Assembly: GCF_016026235.1 (NCBI RefSeq)
Contig: NZ_CP065613.1
Strand: one strand, 5' to 3'
Origin: Escherichia coli
GTDB taxonomy: Bacteria; Pseudomonadota; Gammaproteobacteria; Enterobacterales; Enterobacteriaceae
DNA length: 64,000 nucleotides
Shown: positions 1 through 11,563 of the stretch, in pieces
Layout: every line of letters begins with the position of its first letter
How positions within the stretch are numbered: the first letter of the stretch is position 1
The notes under the pieces: model-generated
Seen by the model: the letters and a program-made list of their open reading frames with translations, nothing else
Databases searched by the model: none
What the model was told of the DNA's origin: nothing
Translations under genes and position numbers: made by a program

Positions 1-97
1 AAAAAGGTAGCAATTGCGGCAAATTCACTTGCCGCATCTTTATCATCATTTTATATCCAGGCACAGGAACAAATAATATTGACAACGTGTGCTAAAA

Positions 98-856
98 TTA
101 CCACACCAGCTGGATATTATTGTCTTTGCAAAATGCTATCCACTCTGCACCCGGTGATTTATCAGTTATTATGTAATTAATATGACTAAAGTCAGCTAAC
201 TGAACAAAAGCTTTGCGATCAAACTTAGAGTGATCAACCAATAACGCAACTTCTGTCGCCTGACGGATCATTGTCTTTTTGATTTCAGCTTCCGCTTCAT
301 TAGAGTCCAGCGCGCCGCTGTTAATATCAAGACCTTTACAACTCATTACCATGATATCGACATGATAGCGGCTGATGATCTCTTTAGTAATTCTTCCTTG
401 CAGTGAAAGTGTATTTTTGTTTAGTTCCCCACCCGTTGAAACGACTTTAATTTCTGACTGAGCCAGAACATGAATCGCTTCCGCCGAGTTGGTTAGCAAC
501 GTCAGGTCACTACGGTCCTGTAACAATTTGAGCAATTCCATTACGGTACTACTGGAATCGGCTGCCATGGTGGTTTTATTGTCGATAAAGGGTAGTGCCT
601 TGCGTGCAATAAGCTGCTTCTCTTCATAAAACGATGAAGCGCGCTTATAAAAATGGATATTCTCCGTCAACATCGCTGTATTTAAAACAGCACCACCATA
701 GGTTCTGGTCAAAAAGCCTTCATCTTCCAGCTTCTCAAGATCGCGGCGAATGGTTTCTTCGGTTACCTGAAAAATCCCACTCAAATTTGAGACTGTCACC
801 TTTTTATCGTTGGCAACCATTTGCTTAATTGCCTGAATCCTGTCTTTTGCCGCCAC
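98..856 (-). CDS. ydjF: DeoR-family transcriptional regulator
   Basis: 252-aa ORF with N-terminal DeoR HTH and C-terminal sugar-binding domain; sits next to the ydjG-L sugar catabolic cluster. Confidence 0.9.
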   Translation of the reverse strand: MAAKDRIQAIKQMVANDKKVTVSNLSGIFQVTEETIRRDLEKLEDEGFLTRTYGGAVLNTAMLTENIHFYKRASSFYEEKQLIARKALPFIDNKTTMAADSSSTVMELLKLLQDRSDLTLLTNSAEAIHVLAQSEIKVVSTGGELNKNTLSLQGRITKEIISRYHVDIMVMSCKGLDINSGALDSNEAEAEIKKTMIRQATEVALLVDHSKFDRKAFVQLADFSHINYIITDKSPGAEWIAFCKDNNIQLVW

Positions 857-992
857 GATTACACCCCTGTATCTTTTTACATCACATTAGCGCGATTATC
901 GCATAACCGATGTTTACTTTCAAAATAACCTGTTTGAATCACAGATTTTCATCACGGTTTTCACAGAAACAGAGGTGAATCGTGTTGAGTAT

Positions 993-1973
993 TTAACGCT
1001 CCAGGGCCTCTGCCATTTCCCTCATCAATGTTGCGTCTGCATCCGATAAGTTGATATTCAGTGCCGCGACATTTTCGCGTACCTGTTGCGGTGCAGTAGC
1101 CCCACTAAGAATGGAGATTAAATCACTCTGTTTTAATATCCACGCCAGTGCCAGAGTGGGAATTGTGCACTGATAACGAGCACAAAGTGGCTGCCACTGT
1201 TCAAGCATATCAATCACTTTCAGCATGTTTTCACGCTGGAACCAGACTTTATTTGCCCGAGCGCCGCCCGGAACGTAATCACGAGTGATGGTGCCGGTCA
1301 ACAATCCCTGCTCTAGCGGGGAATAAACCTGAACCACAATGCCATTATCACGACATAGCGGCAGCAGTTCGTTTTCCATTGCCCGGTCGAGGATACTGTA
1401 TTTCGCCTGAATAATATCCAGTTCACCATATTGCAGATACTCGCGGATATGGTCGGCATCGACGTTAGCAGCGCCTATAGCGCGAATTTTCCCTTCAGCC
1501 TTTAACTCATTAAGCACTGCGACAGTTTCAGCGATCGGCGTATAAAATGGCGGCACCGACTGCCAGTGCGTCATGTAGATATCGATGTAATCAATACCCA
1601 GACGTTGCAAGCTGGCTTCTACCTCTTCGCGGATAGATTCCGGGGAAAGGTTTTTATACAACTGCCGATTGCCAACTTTGTTGAATAAACTTCCTTTTCG
1701 TTCCCAGACAATGCCGCATTTGGTTTCTACTACAACCTGTTCACGGGGCAGTTTTTTTAACGCCTGACCGACGATAACTTCACTATTGCCAAAGTTATAT
1801 CCTGGTGCAGTATCAATCAGGTTAATGCCGCAACGATGGGCTTCAAGAATCGTATCAATACATATTTGCCGATCGAGATCGCCATTCCATGCAGGACCGC
1901 CGCCAATGGCCCATGTCCCCAACCCCATTCGCGAAAGCGTAATATCCGTTGTGCCTAAAGGTATCTTTTTCAT
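993..1973 (-). CDS. ydjG: NADH-dependent aldo-keto reductase
   Basis: 326-aa ORF, aldo-keto reductase family; synteny. Confidence 0.9.
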   Translation of the reverse strand: MKKIPLGTTDITLSRMGLGTWAIGGGPAWNGDLDRQICIDTILEAHRCGINLIDTAPGYNFGNSEVIVGQALKKLPREQVVVETKCGIVWERKGSLFNKVGNRQLYKNLSPESIREEVEASLQRLGIDYIDIYMTHWQSVPPFYTPIAETVAVLNELKAEGKIRAIGAANVDADHIREYLQYGELDIIQAKYSILDRAMENELLPLCRDNGIVVQVYSPLEQGLLTGTITRDYVPGGARANKVWFQRENMLKVIDMLEQWQPLCARYQCTIPTLALAWILKQSDLISILSGATAPQQVRENVAALNINLSDADATLMREMAEALER

Positions 1974-2895
1974 TTGCCTTCATTATCCTTCGTATTCTTC
2001 CAGCAATTGTTCGACCAGCTTTCTGTTTTTTACGCCGGTGGTGGCACCGACGCTTAGAACCGAGATAGCCGCCGTTGCATTGGCAAAGCGTGCGCATTCA
2101 CGCAGATTTTTGCCTTCTAACAGTGCCGCAATAAAACCTGAAGCAAAGTTATCACCCGCGCCAATGGTGTCGATGGCGGTTATTCCTGCGACCGCCGGCA
2201 CCTTCATCGTCATGTCACCACGCTTGATAAAGCAGCCGTCTTTACCCGTTTTAATCACCACCGTTTTTACGCCGCACGCAAGAAAGCAGTCAGCAATTTC
2301 ATCCAGTGTCTCTTTCCCGGTGAGTAATTTTGCCTCGGCATAATTAGGAAACAGATAATCGACATAACTCAATGCTTCGCAAATATCATCCAGCGTTTCA
2401 TTCAACCGCGGTTTAATCATATCGGCACAGATAATCATCTGCCGGGCTTTAGCTTGCGTAAAAATTTCTGTTAGCGTTTTACCATCCAATAGTGGACTGT
2501 TGAAAATACTGGCCAGTGATAATAATTTCGCCTGGGAAAACCGAGCAAAATCAACATCGTCAATATTCAATTTCCACAGACTGCCGTTACGGTTTGTGAC
2601 AAACGTCCGCTCGCCATCCTCCGTCACCAGTCCAACATTAATAGAGGTATCTATGTTGACGTCCTGCTTCAGGCTTTGAATATCAATATTCTCTTTGCGG
2701 CAATGGTCGAGAATAAACTGCCCTGCGGCATCTTTACCAATACGGCTCATTAATGCTGTACGATGGCCCAGACGAGAAATAATTGTTGCTTCATTTATTG
2801 CATCACCCCCGGTGGTCATTGCGATTCTTTCAAGAGGATAAGAATCCACATCAAAGATATTTTTACTGACCGGTTGCAATGGAATATCAACAATA

Positions 2896-2904
2896 GCGGC
2901 ACCT
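2896..2904. repeat. IS1 target-site duplication GCGGCACCT (copy 1)
   Basis: Identical 9-mer immediately flanks both IS1 ends. Confidence 0.9.
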
Positions 2905-2919
2905 GGTAATGACTCCAAC

Positions 2920-3423
2920 TTACTGATAGTGTTTTATGTTCAGATAATGCCCGATGACCTTGTCATGCAGCTCCACCGATTTTGAGAACGACAGTGACTT
3001 CCGTCCCAGCCTTGCCAGATGTTGTCTCAGATTCAGATTATGTCGCTCAATGCGCTGAGTGTAACGCTTGCTGATAACGTGCAGCTTTCCCTTCAGGCGT
3101 GATTCATACAGCGGCCAGCCATCCGTCATCCATACCACGACCTCAAAGGCCGACAGCAGGCTCAGAAGACGCTCCAGTGTGGCCAGAGTGCGTTCACCGA
3201 AGACGTGCGCCACAACCGTCCTCCGTATCCTGTCATACGCGTAAAACAGCCAGCGCTGACGTGATTTAGCACCGACGTAGCCCCACTGTTCGTCCATTTC
3301 AGCGCAGACAATCACATCACTGCCCGGTTGTATGCGCGAGGTTACCGACTGCGGCCTGAGTTTTTTAAGTGACGTAAAACCGTGTTGAGGCCAACGCCCA
3401 TAATGCGTGCACTGGCGCGACAT
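2920..3423 (-). CDS. insB: IS1 transposase InsB' frame (made as InsAB' fusion by -1 frameshift)
   Basis: 167-aa ORF matching IS1 InsB; overlaps insA in the -1 frame. Confidence 0.9.
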   Translation of the reverse strand: MSRQCTHYGRWPQHGFTSLKKLRPQSVTSRIQPGSDVIVCAEMDEQWGYVGAKSRQRWLFYAYDRIRRTVVAHVFGERTLATLERLLSLLSAFEVVVWMTDGWPLYESRLKGKLHVISKRYTQRIERHNLNLRQHLARLGRKSLSFSKSVELHDKVIGHYLNIKHYQ

Positions 3424-3617
3424 CCGACGCCATTCATGGCCATATCAATGATTTTCTGGTGCGTACCGGGCTGAGAGGCGGTGTAAGTGAACTGTAGTTG
3501 CCATGTTTTACGGCAATGAGAGCAGAGATAGCGCTGATGTCCGGCAGTGCTTTTGCCGTTACGCACCACGCCTTCAGTAGCGGAGCAGGAAGGACATCTG
3601 ATGGAAATGGAAGCCAC
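3342..3617 (-). CDS. insA: IS1 InsA (transposition inhibitor / N-terminal part of transposase)
   Basis: 91-aa ORF with C4 zinc-finger motif CPSC...CSHC. Confidence 0.9.
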   Translation of the reverse strand: MASISIRCPSCSATEGVVRNGKSTAGHQRYLCSHCRKTWQLQFTYTASQPGTHQKIIDMAMNGVGCRASARIMGVGLNTVLRHLKNSGRSR

Positions 3618-3672
3618 GCAAGCACCTTAAAATCACCATCATACACTAAATCAGTAAGTTGGCAGCATTACC

Positions 3673-3681
3673 GCGGCACCT
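3673..3681. repeat. IS1 target-site duplication GCGGCACCT (copy 2)
   Basis: Identical to 2896-2904. Confidence 0.9.
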
Positions 3682-3711
3682 ATACAAATAACGTCGAGAT
3701 TATCCATATCA

Positions 3712-4548
3712 TTATTCCGCTTTGCCATCAGAACCGAACAGTTTAATTTTTTCCAATGCCCGTTCTTTTACAGCTTTACGTACTTCACGTTCTAAATGCA
3801 GGAAAGGCTGATCCTGGTTTTCTTTCACTGCGACCATTGCGGCCTGACAGAGCTCAGTATGGATGTTGATTTTCGCGATACCCAACGAAATTGCAGTTTT
3901 AATGTCGGCATCACTGATCCCCGATGCGCCATGCAAAACCAGCGGAACAGACACGGCATCGCGTACGCGTTTGACGACCTCAAAGTTCAATTGTGGCTCT
4001 GACGTATAAACCCCATGCTGGTTGCCGATGGCGACAGCCAATGAGTCACAGCCCGTACGTTCAACAAATTCAGCCGCCTGGTCAGGATCGGTATAGTGAT
4101 AGCCCGCCAGCGCTTCCTCATAAACGGTTTCATTACCGACATGCCCTAATTCCGCCTCTACCGGAATACCCAGCGGATGGAAGAAATCGACAGCCTCTTT
4201 GGTTAAGCGAATATTTTCTTCGAAATCAAATGCGGAAGCATCACGCATTAATGAATTCATACCATGAGTCCAGGCGTTATGAATAATCTCCATACTCCGA
4301 CCATGATCCCAATGAGTTATTACCGGCACAGTTGCTTTTCGTGCCATTGATACCATCATGTGAGAGAAATCTTCAAATGAGGTGTTGCCGACAAAACCTG
4401 TGCCAAAAGAAATAATAACCGGTGATTTCGCTTCTTCGGCTGCGTCGATAACGCCCATCAACATTTCTGCATTCCATACGTTAAAATGGGCAATTGCATA
4501 ATGTTTATTTGTGGCATCGTTTTCCCAATATCTGATATCTGCGAGCAT
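3712..4548 (-). CDS. ydjI: class II aldolase (fructose-bisphosphate aldolase family)
   Basis: 278-aa ORF; synteny. Confidence 0.9.
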   Translation of the reverse strand: MLADIRYWENDATNKHYAIAHFNVWNAEMLMGVIDAAEEAKSPVIISFGTGFVGNTSFEDFSHMMVSMARKATVPVITHWDHGRSMEIIHNAWTHGMNSLMRDASAFDFEENIRLTKEAVDFFHPLGIPVEAELGHVGNETVYEEALAGYHYTDPDQAAEFVERTGCDSLAVAIGNQHGVYTSEPQLNFEVVKRVRDAVSVPLVLHGASGISDADIKTAISLGIAKINIHTELCQAAMVAVKENQDQPFLHLEREVRKAVKERALEKIKLFGSDGKAE

Positions 4549-4568
4549 GTTCTGTTCTCCCGTATTAA

Positions 4569-5612
4569 TTAATCGCTAATTTTAATAACGCCTTTAATAA
4601 TGTCGCGTTTGTTGTTAACCGACTCTTCAAATGCCTGTTGTACATCACGGTAATCGTAAATATGTGTCACCATCGATTTCACATCGAATCGCCCTGAAGA
4701 AATAGCTTCAATCGTGACCGGATAACGATTGGCATAGCGGAATACCGTCTGGATAGTGACTTCGCGATTGATTTTGAGGAAATTGATTGCCGAATCGCCG
4801 GGTACAGTACCAACAATCATAATTTTACCGCCGCGCATTACCAGATAAGGTGCCTGTTTAACGGTGACCGCAGAACCCGCTGTTTCGAAAACAATATCTG
4901 CGCCCATGTCTTCGGTAAATTGCTGACAGCGTGCAATAGTGTCTTCTTTTGCGCCGTTAATAACCACTGTCGCACCAAGCTGTTCCGCCATTGTCAGACG
5001 TTTTTCCAGCACATCAACGACGGCAATTTCCGTTGCTCCCAGGCATTTGCACGCTTGCAACGTCATCAAACCAATACAACCCGCTCCTAGAATAATTATC
5101 TTCTTACCCGGTTTAACATCTGCCAGCATCGCGGCATGCATCCCGACTGCGGCAGGCTCCACCAGCGCCCCTTCCATCGTGTCCATATTGTCGGGCAGTT
5201 TGTAAGTAAAGCTCTCCGGATGACACAGATAGTGCGTTAATGCGCCGCGGTAGTTGGGTTGTGTCGCCATAAAATCAACGTCCGGGCAGATGTTATATTT
5301 GCCTTCCAGACAGTAACGACAGTGACCGCAAGGAACGCCAGGTTCGATATTTACCCGATCCCCCGGTTTAAATTTGCGCACGCGGCTTCCCACAGCCACA
5401 ACCGTCCCGGCGCATTCATGACCCTGGCCAATTTCTTGATTTGGGTCTTTAGGCGGAATAAACGGACCTGATTCAAAACCATGTACATCTGAACCACAAA
5501 TACCGACATATTCTACTTTAATCAAAACTTCATCTTCTTTAGGCACTGGTATTTCTGCTGAAATAATTTTCATTGTGCCCGGCACCTGCAATATTGCTTT
5601 TGAATTTTTCAT
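4569..5612 (-). CDS. ydjJ: Zn-dependent alcohol/sugar dehydrogenase
   Basis: 347-aa ORF; MDR family with GHE and Cys-rich structural zinc motif. Confidence 0.9.
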   Translation of the reverse strand: MKNSKAILQVPGTMKIISAEIPVPKEDEVLIKVEYVGICGSDVHGFESGPFIPPKDPNQEIGQGHECAGTVVAVGSRVRKFKPGDRVNIEPGVPCGHCRYCLEGKYNICPDVDFMATQPNYRGALTHYLCHPESFTYKLPDNMDTMEGALVEPAAVGMHAAMLADVKPGKKIIILGAGCIGLMTLQACKCLGATEIAVVDVLEKRLTMAEQLGATVVINGAKEDTIARCQQFTEDMGADIVFETAGSAVTVKQAPYLVMRGGKIMIVGTVPGDSAINFLKINREVTIQTVFRYANRYPVTIEAISSGRFDVKSMVTHIYDYRDVQQAFEESVNNKRDIIKGVIKISD

Positions 5613-5628
5613 TTTGAATCCACCCGTA

Positions 5629-7008
5629 TTATTTATTGGCTACTGCATCAATACTTAAACTTTCAACGGAGACACCTTTGGTTTCGATTCCAATGGTGGC
5701 GATAGCAATTGCGACAATAATTGAAACCGCCCCCAGAAGAATAAAGACTCCCGTAACGCCATAACTACTGAGCAGCACTGCAACGGCATAAGGTGCGGCA
5801 ATACCACTGATTCGCCCTACCGCATTCGCCAGACCGGAGCCACGGAGTTTGGCCTCTGTCGGCCAGATCTCAGGGACATACACTGCCGAGGCATAGCAAA
5901 CGTACATATAGACGAAAGTAATCAGGAAGAAACCAATCAACGTTATGAGCAACATGCTGGTTTGCAGTGAATAGATATATCCGAGCACCGCAATCAGGAT
6001 TAATAGCCCCACACCCATTGTTTTACGCGGAATTTTATCCATCACCAGCATGGCAATAAAAATGCCAAATGGCGCGCCAAACATACTCATGGTATTTAAA
6101 ACAATCGAGTCTTTTAAATTAATCCCCTGGGTCATGAATATCGTTGGCAACCAGTTAATTAGTGTGTACTGCACAACGTTCATGGCAATCAGCACACAAG
6201 AGCCTAATATCACGCGTTTCAGTAATACTCCTGTCAGTAAGGCTGAATACGGCACCGCTTGTGGCGTTTTACCGTCATCAGCAATAACCACGGGCGGCAA
6301 AGGTTTGCCCGTCTGGTGTATGACGCCTTCTTCTATACTCCGCATGACTTTCTCGGCTTCCTGATACCGTCCGCGCGATTCCAGCCAGCGCGGGGATTCA
6401 GGAAAGTAGCGCCAGGCCAGCGCCGTAGCGATAAGCGACAATATTGCAGGGATAAGCAGTTGTACCCGCCAGTTCCACTCTGCACTAATCAGCGGCGTGA
6501 GTCCCATCGCTATCAATGAACAGAGCGGATATGACCAGTTGCCAATAAAGGAAACCCGACTTGACCACGTTCCACGATTTCTACCGGGCATATATTCGGT
6601 GAAACCAGCAAACAGCGTAACCAGTAAAGCTCCCAGCCCAACTCCCATCACAAAACGGCAGGCAATAAGGAAATCCATATTCGGTGAGAAAGCACCGACA
6701 ACCATCGAGGCAATATGAATGGCCTCATAGAGGATGAACGCATTTCTGCGACCGGTTTTGTCGCCAATGATGCCGCCCACCAGCGCACCGAGAAACATTC
6801 CGGCGGTCGTGATTGCTGAGAATGTGGCTGTGGTGGAATTATCTGTCCAGCCCAACGCTTTCAGCTGCGCGAGGATCAAGCCACCAACGGCATTACTCCA
6901 GCAGACAAGCAAGCCAAACGCGACGATGGCAAACATTGACGAATGCCAGCGGCAATCCGGTAAGCGATCCAGCCGTGCACCACAATGCGGTTTTGTTATC
7001 TGTTCCAT
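5629..7008 (-). CDS. ydjK: MFS sugar transporter
   Basis: 459-aa polytopic membrane ORF; synteny. Confidence 0.9.
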   Translation of the reverse strand: MEQITKPHCGARLDRLPDCRWHSSMFAIVAFGLLVCWSNAVGGLILAQLKALGWTDNSTTATFSAITTAGMFLGALVGGIIGDKTGRRNAFILYEAIHIASMVVGAFSPNMDFLIACRFVMGVGLGALLVTLFAGFTEYMPGRNRGTWSSRVSFIGNWSYPLCSLIAMGLTPLISAEWNWRVQLLIPAILSLIATALAWRYFPESPRWLESRGRYQEAEKVMRSIEEGVIHQTGKPLPPVVIADDGKTPQAVPYSALLTGVLLKRVILGSCVLIAMNVVQYTLINWLPTIFMTQGINLKDSIVLNTMSMFGAPFGIFIAMLVMDKIPRKTMGVGLLILIAVLGYIYSLQTSMLLITLIGFFLITFVYMYVCYASAVYVPEIWPTEAKLRGSGLANAVGRISGIAAPYAVAVLLSSYGVTGVFILLGAVSIIVAIAIATIGIETKGVSVESLSIDAVANK

Positions 7009-7034
7009 GCGATAACGTTCCTTCAGGAAAGTTG

Positions 7035-8111
7035 TTATTCATCAAAGTCGTAAGTCATGATCACTTTGATTGCGGTTTTATCGACCATCGCATCAAACCC
7101 TTCGCGCCATTGCGACAGGCCGATACGATGCGTGATCATCGGTTTGACTTTGATAGCGCCGCTGACTAATAGCCTGATAGCGTTACGCCATGAGGTGGAG
7201 TCATAGGCCATATGCCCAATGATGCTTTTGTTCCAGGCGGTAATGTCATTAATCGAGAAATCAAGAGGTTTGAAGCCCATTCCAACGCGTACCACTTCCC
7301 CGTTCGGGCGGAGCATTTCGATGGCTTGTTTCAGTGCGATATTGGCACCGGAGCATTCAATCACCAGTCCCAGATTGTCTTTTCCACAAATTTGCTGGCA
7401 GCGCGCCACCACATCTTCGGTAGAACCATTTACTACTGCCGTCGCACCCAGTTCTTTTGCAACCGGGAAGCGGACCGCCACATCTTCTTGCAGACCAACG
7501 ACGACGATATTTACCGCCCCCATAATTCGCGCCATTTGTACGGAGAACAGCCCGAGTGGGCCAGTGCCGATGACGACCACATCCTGACCAGGAAGGAATT
7601 TCGATTGCTGCGCGATGGATTTGTAGGCATTACAGATAGGGTCAAGTACGGCTGCGTCCTCATAATCAACACCATCAGGGATTTCCCACAACGCATGACG
7701 ATGAATTTTGAGAATTTCACCAGGAACCAGACAATATTTGGAAAAACCACCGCCCCAGGTATTATTATCCAGACCAAGGTTTACTTTTTCTGTACAACAC
7801 AGAAAATCACCTTGTTCACAGGCCGGACAAACGCCGCAAACGTGACCGCTGTTATCCGATACGACGCGTTGCCCCACTTTCCAGTCTTTGACTTTTTCAC
7901 CAACCTGCGCAATACAACCTGCGAACTCATGGCCGCGGATAGAGTTAAACTCATCAGAACCGCTATCGACATTGTAGTGCTTCATGTCTGCGCCGCAGAT
8001 TGCCGCGGCTTTAATTTCAATCACTACATCTTCCGGGCCACACATGGGTTGTGGGACATCAATCATCTTGTAGCCGCCAAAGGCTTTGCCAAACCGAGCC
8101 AGTGCTTTCAT
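7035..8111 (-). CDS. ydjL: Zn-dependent dehydrogenase
   Basis: 358-aa MDR-family ORF; first gene of the ydjLKJIHG cluster. Confidence 0.9.
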   Translation of the reverse strand: MKALARFGKAFGGYKMIDVPQPMCGPEDVVIEIKAAAICGADMKHYNVDSGSDEFNSIRGHEFAGCIAQVGEKVKDWKVGQRVVSDNSGHVCGVCPACEQGDFLCCTEKVNLGLDNNTWGGGFSKYCLVPGEILKIHRHALWEIPDGVDYEDAAVLDPICNAYKSIAQQSKFLPGQDVVVIGTGPLGLFSVQMARIMGAVNIVVVGLQEDVAVRFPVAKELGATAVVNGSTEDVVARCQQICGKDNLGLVIECSGANIALKQAIEMLRPNGEVVRVGMGFKPLDFSINDITAWNKSIIGHMAYDSTSWRNAIRLLVSGAIKVKPMITHRIGLSQWREGFDAMVDKTAIKVIMTYDFDE

Positions 8112-8189
8112 TGCGTCATCCTCTGTGTTTTGTTTTGCTTAGATGGTCATCATACTTACCCACATGATTTTTGAGGTCAACATTAAATC

Positions 8190-8221
8190 TGTAAAACACA
8201 GATAATGATCTGCGTTTTACA
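8190..8221. promoter_or_regulatory. 32-bp near-perfect palindrome upstream of ydjL (candidate operator)
   Basis: TGTAAAACACAGATAATGATCTGCGTTTTACA, 28 of 32 positions dyad-symmetric, about 80 bp upstream of the ydjL start. Confidence 0.3.
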
Positions 8222-8480
8222 ACTCAGATCACAATTACGCAGAAAATGGCTGGTTCTGTTACAGGTTGATGGAAGGCTGAACGCAAAAGGAGCAAATTTG
8301 AGAGGGATTACCGGCCAAATAGGTCTGAGACTTAAGTTCAGGAGAAGTCATTCAAGCGTGAACGCGACGGCAAGAGACCGGGCTGGGGCTTTGCCTGGTC
8401 GTGACGAGATAATTGAGATGAGTCGTGGGGTTATTGTTGGCTATCCCCTTTATAACCGCGGCAAAAAGGGGACAAACCAC

Positions 8481-8753
8481 TTACTTAAACATGGCAATAG
8501 GCTTTGCTGAGATACCAAAATCTTCTTTTAACTGTTGTTTGCTCTTCATGACCATCTGACCATTTGTGTCAATTGTCATATGCTGTGCTTCGGTATTATT
8601 GCGGGCTTGCCACAGCATCACCAGTTGCAGGCAGTTCTCTTTTTGTTCCTCGGTCAACGCAACGCCATCAGGCCATTTCCCCAGTTCAACGGCGGTCGAC
8701 AAACGCTGGTATACCTCAGGCGTCATGCTGTTGATAATGTCATCAAGATTCAT
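8481..8753 (-). CDS. yeaC: DUF1315 protein YeaC
   Basis: ORF in track is 105 aa; start placed at MNLDD to match the 90-aa K-12 protein. Confidence 0.8.
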   Translation of the reverse strand: MNLDDIINSMTPEVYQRLSTAVELGKWPDGVALTEEQKENCLQLVMLWQARNNTEAQHMTIDTNGQMVMKSKQQLKEDFGISAKPIAMFK

Positions 8754-8794
8754 AATTTTTCCGCTCCTGTGGAATAAGTTGCTGAATCGTTTTT

Positions 8795-9208
8795 TCAACC
8801 GTTGATTTCTTCGCCGTTTTCGCCATCAGTGAAGCGTAAAGAAGCAGAGTTAACACAATAACGTTCGCCTGTTGGTTGCGGCCCGTCGGGAAAGACATGC
8901 CCCAGATGGGCATCACAGTTACCGCAACGAATTTCTATGCGCTGCATTCCATGTGACAAGTCTTTGATATAACGAATGGATTCTTCACTCACCGGTTCGT
9001 AGAAACTGGGCCAGCCACAGCCGGAATCATACTTGGTTTCGGAATGAAACAGCGGGGCATCGCAGATCAAACAGTGATATACGCCGTCACGCTTGTTATG
9101 CAGTAAACGACCCGTAAATGGCGGTTCTGTCCCATGATTCTGCGTCACGTAAAACTGCATCTCGGACAAATTTTTTTTCAGTTCTTCTGCCGAAGGTTTA
9201 TTAGCCAT
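8795..9208 (-). CDS. msrB: methionine-R-sulfoxide reductase MsrB
   Basis: CxxC...CxxC zinc motifs; start placed at [10 protein letters not shown] (137 aa). Confidence 0.9.
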   Translation of the reverse strand: MANKPSAEELKKNLSEMQFYVTQNHGTEPPFTGRLLHNKRDGVYHCLICDAPLFHSETKYDSGCGWPSFYEPVSEESIRYIKDLSHGMQRIEIRCGNCDAHLGHVFPDGPQPTGERYCVNSASLRFTDGENGEEING

Positions 9209-9439
9209 TTGCTCACATCTCACTTTAATCGTGCTCACATTACGTGACTGATTCTAACAAAACATTAACACCAACTGGCAAAATTTTGTCCTAAACTTGA
9301 TCTCGACGAAATGGCTGCACCTAAATCGTGATGAAAATCACATTTTTATCGTAATTGCCCTTTAAAATTCGGGGCGCCGACCCCATGTGGTCTCAAGCCC
9401 AAAGGAAGAGTGAGGCGAGTCAGTCGCGTAATGCTTAGG

Positions 9440-9520
9440 CACAGGATTGATTTGTCGCAATGATTGACACGATTCCGCTTGACGCTGCGTAAGGTTTTTG
9501 TAATTTTACAGGCAACCTTT
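9440..9520 (+). promoter_or_regulatory. gapA promoter region
   Basis: TTGACG (9479-9484), 16-bp spacer, TAATTT (9501-9506) upstream of gapA; K-12 gapA is known to have multiple promoters. Confidence 0.45.
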
Positions 9521-9537
9521 TATTCACTAACAAATAG

Positions 9538-10545
<1,008 letters not shown>

Positions 10546-10566
10546 GTTGAGATGACACTGTGATCT

Positions 10567-10598
10567 AAAAAGAGCGACTTCGGTCGCTCTTTTTTTTA
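10567..10598 (+). terminator. rho-independent terminator of gapA
   Basis: Hairpin AGAGCGACTTCGGTCGCTCT followed by T7. Confidence 0.85.
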
Positions 10599-10628
10599 CC
10601 TGATAAAATGAAGTTAAAGGACTGCGTC

Positions 10629-11513
10629 ATGATTAAGAAAATTTTTGCCCTTCCGGTCATCGAACAAATCTCCCCTGTCCTCTCCCGTCGTAAACTGGAT
10701 GAACTGGACCTCATTGTGGTCGATCATCCCCAGGTAAAAGCCTCTTTTGCATTACAGGGCGCACACCTTCTCTCGTGGAAACCTGCGGGTGAAGAAGAAG
10801 TTCTGTGGTTGAGCAACAACACACCGTTCAAAAATGGCGTCGCTATTCGCGGTGGCGTACCGGTTTGCTGGCCGTGGTTTGGTCCGGCTGCACAACAAGG
10901 TCTGCCTGCGCACGGTTTTGCCCGCAACCTGCCGTGGACGCTGAAATCACATCATGAAGATGCTGATGGCGTAGCGCTGACTTTTGAATTGACACAAAGC
11001 GAAGAGACGAAAAAATTCTGGCCGCACGACTTTACGCTGTTAGCGCATTTCCGCGTGGGTAAAACCTGTGAAATCGATCTTGAAGCACACGGCGAATTTG
11101 AAACCACCTCTGCCCTGCATACCTACTTTAACGTGGGTGATATCGCTAAGGTAAGCGTCAGTGGGCTGGGCGATCGCTTCATTGATAAAGTAAATGACGC
11201 GAAAGAAGATGTACTGACCGACGGTATTCAGACCTTCCCTGACCGTACCGATCGCGTGTATCTGAATCCGCAAGATTGCAGCGTGATTAATGATGAAGCG
11301 CTGAATCGTATTATCGCCGTAGGCCACCAGCATCATCTGAACGTTGTCGGCTGGAACCCGGGACCGGCGCTTTCAGTTAGCATGGGCGATATGCCGGACG
11401 ATGGCTACAAGACCTTTGTTTGTGTAGAAACGGCTTACGCTTCAGAAACGCAAAAAGTGACCAAAGAAAAACCTGCACATCTGGCGCAATCCATTCGCGT
11501 TGCGAAACGTTAA
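10629..11513 (+). CDS. yeaD: glucose-6-phosphate 1-epimerase
   Basis: Start placed at MIKKIFALP (294 aa); synteny downstream of gapA. Confidence 0.85.
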   Translation: MIKKIFALPVIEQISPVLSRRKLDELDLIVVDHPQVKASFALQGAHLLSWKPAGEEEVLWLSNNTPFKNGVAIRGGVPVCWPWFGPAAQQGLPAHGFARNLPWTLKSHHEDADGVALTFELTQSEETKKFWPHDFTLLAHFRVGKTCEIDLEAHGEFETTSALHTYFNVGDIAKVSVSGLGDRFIDKVNDAKEDVLTDGIQTFPDRTDRVYLNPQDCSVINDEALNRIIAVGHQHHLNVVGWNPGPALSVSMGDMPDDGYKTFVCVETAYASETQKVTKEKPAHLAQSIRVAKR

Positions 11514-11563
11514 TTTACGTTAATGTTGTGTGCCGGGTGCGATGCATCCGGCACGTATCAACA

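Larger units (their letters stand above)
2905..3672 (-). mobile_element. IS1: IS1 insertion sequence, 768 bp, variant isoform
   Basis: Terminal inverted repeats GGTAATGACTCC... and ...GGCAGCATTACC; insA and insB' ORFs; A6C frameshift motif GAGTTTTTTAA at 3358-3368; perfect 9-bp target duplication. Confidence 0.95.
1983..3707 (-). pseudogene. ydjH: pfkB-family sugar kinase YdjH, interrupted by IS1 after about codon 11
   Basis: Native start ATGGATAATCTCGACGTTATTTGTATAGGTGCCGC lies at 3707-3673 (minus), the rest of the kinase at 2904-1983. Removing IS1 and one copy of the duplication restores a 315-codon ORF. The 311-aa ORF in the track (1983-2918) begins inside the IS1 end (MESLPG...). Confidence 0.85.

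Noticed and set aside
1-97. Possible minus-strand start (MMIKMRQ...) running off the left edge
   Set aside because: Too short to evaluate and does not resemble an MFS transporter N-terminus; left unannotated.
3434-3646. 70-aa ORFs inside both IS1 copies (3434-3646 and 41085-41297)
   Set aside because: Alternate-frame reads within IS1, not known IS1 products.
7212-8174. 320-aa ORF on the plus strand antisense to ydjL
   Set aside because: Overlaps ydjL entirely, no ribosome-binding site, no recognisable domain.
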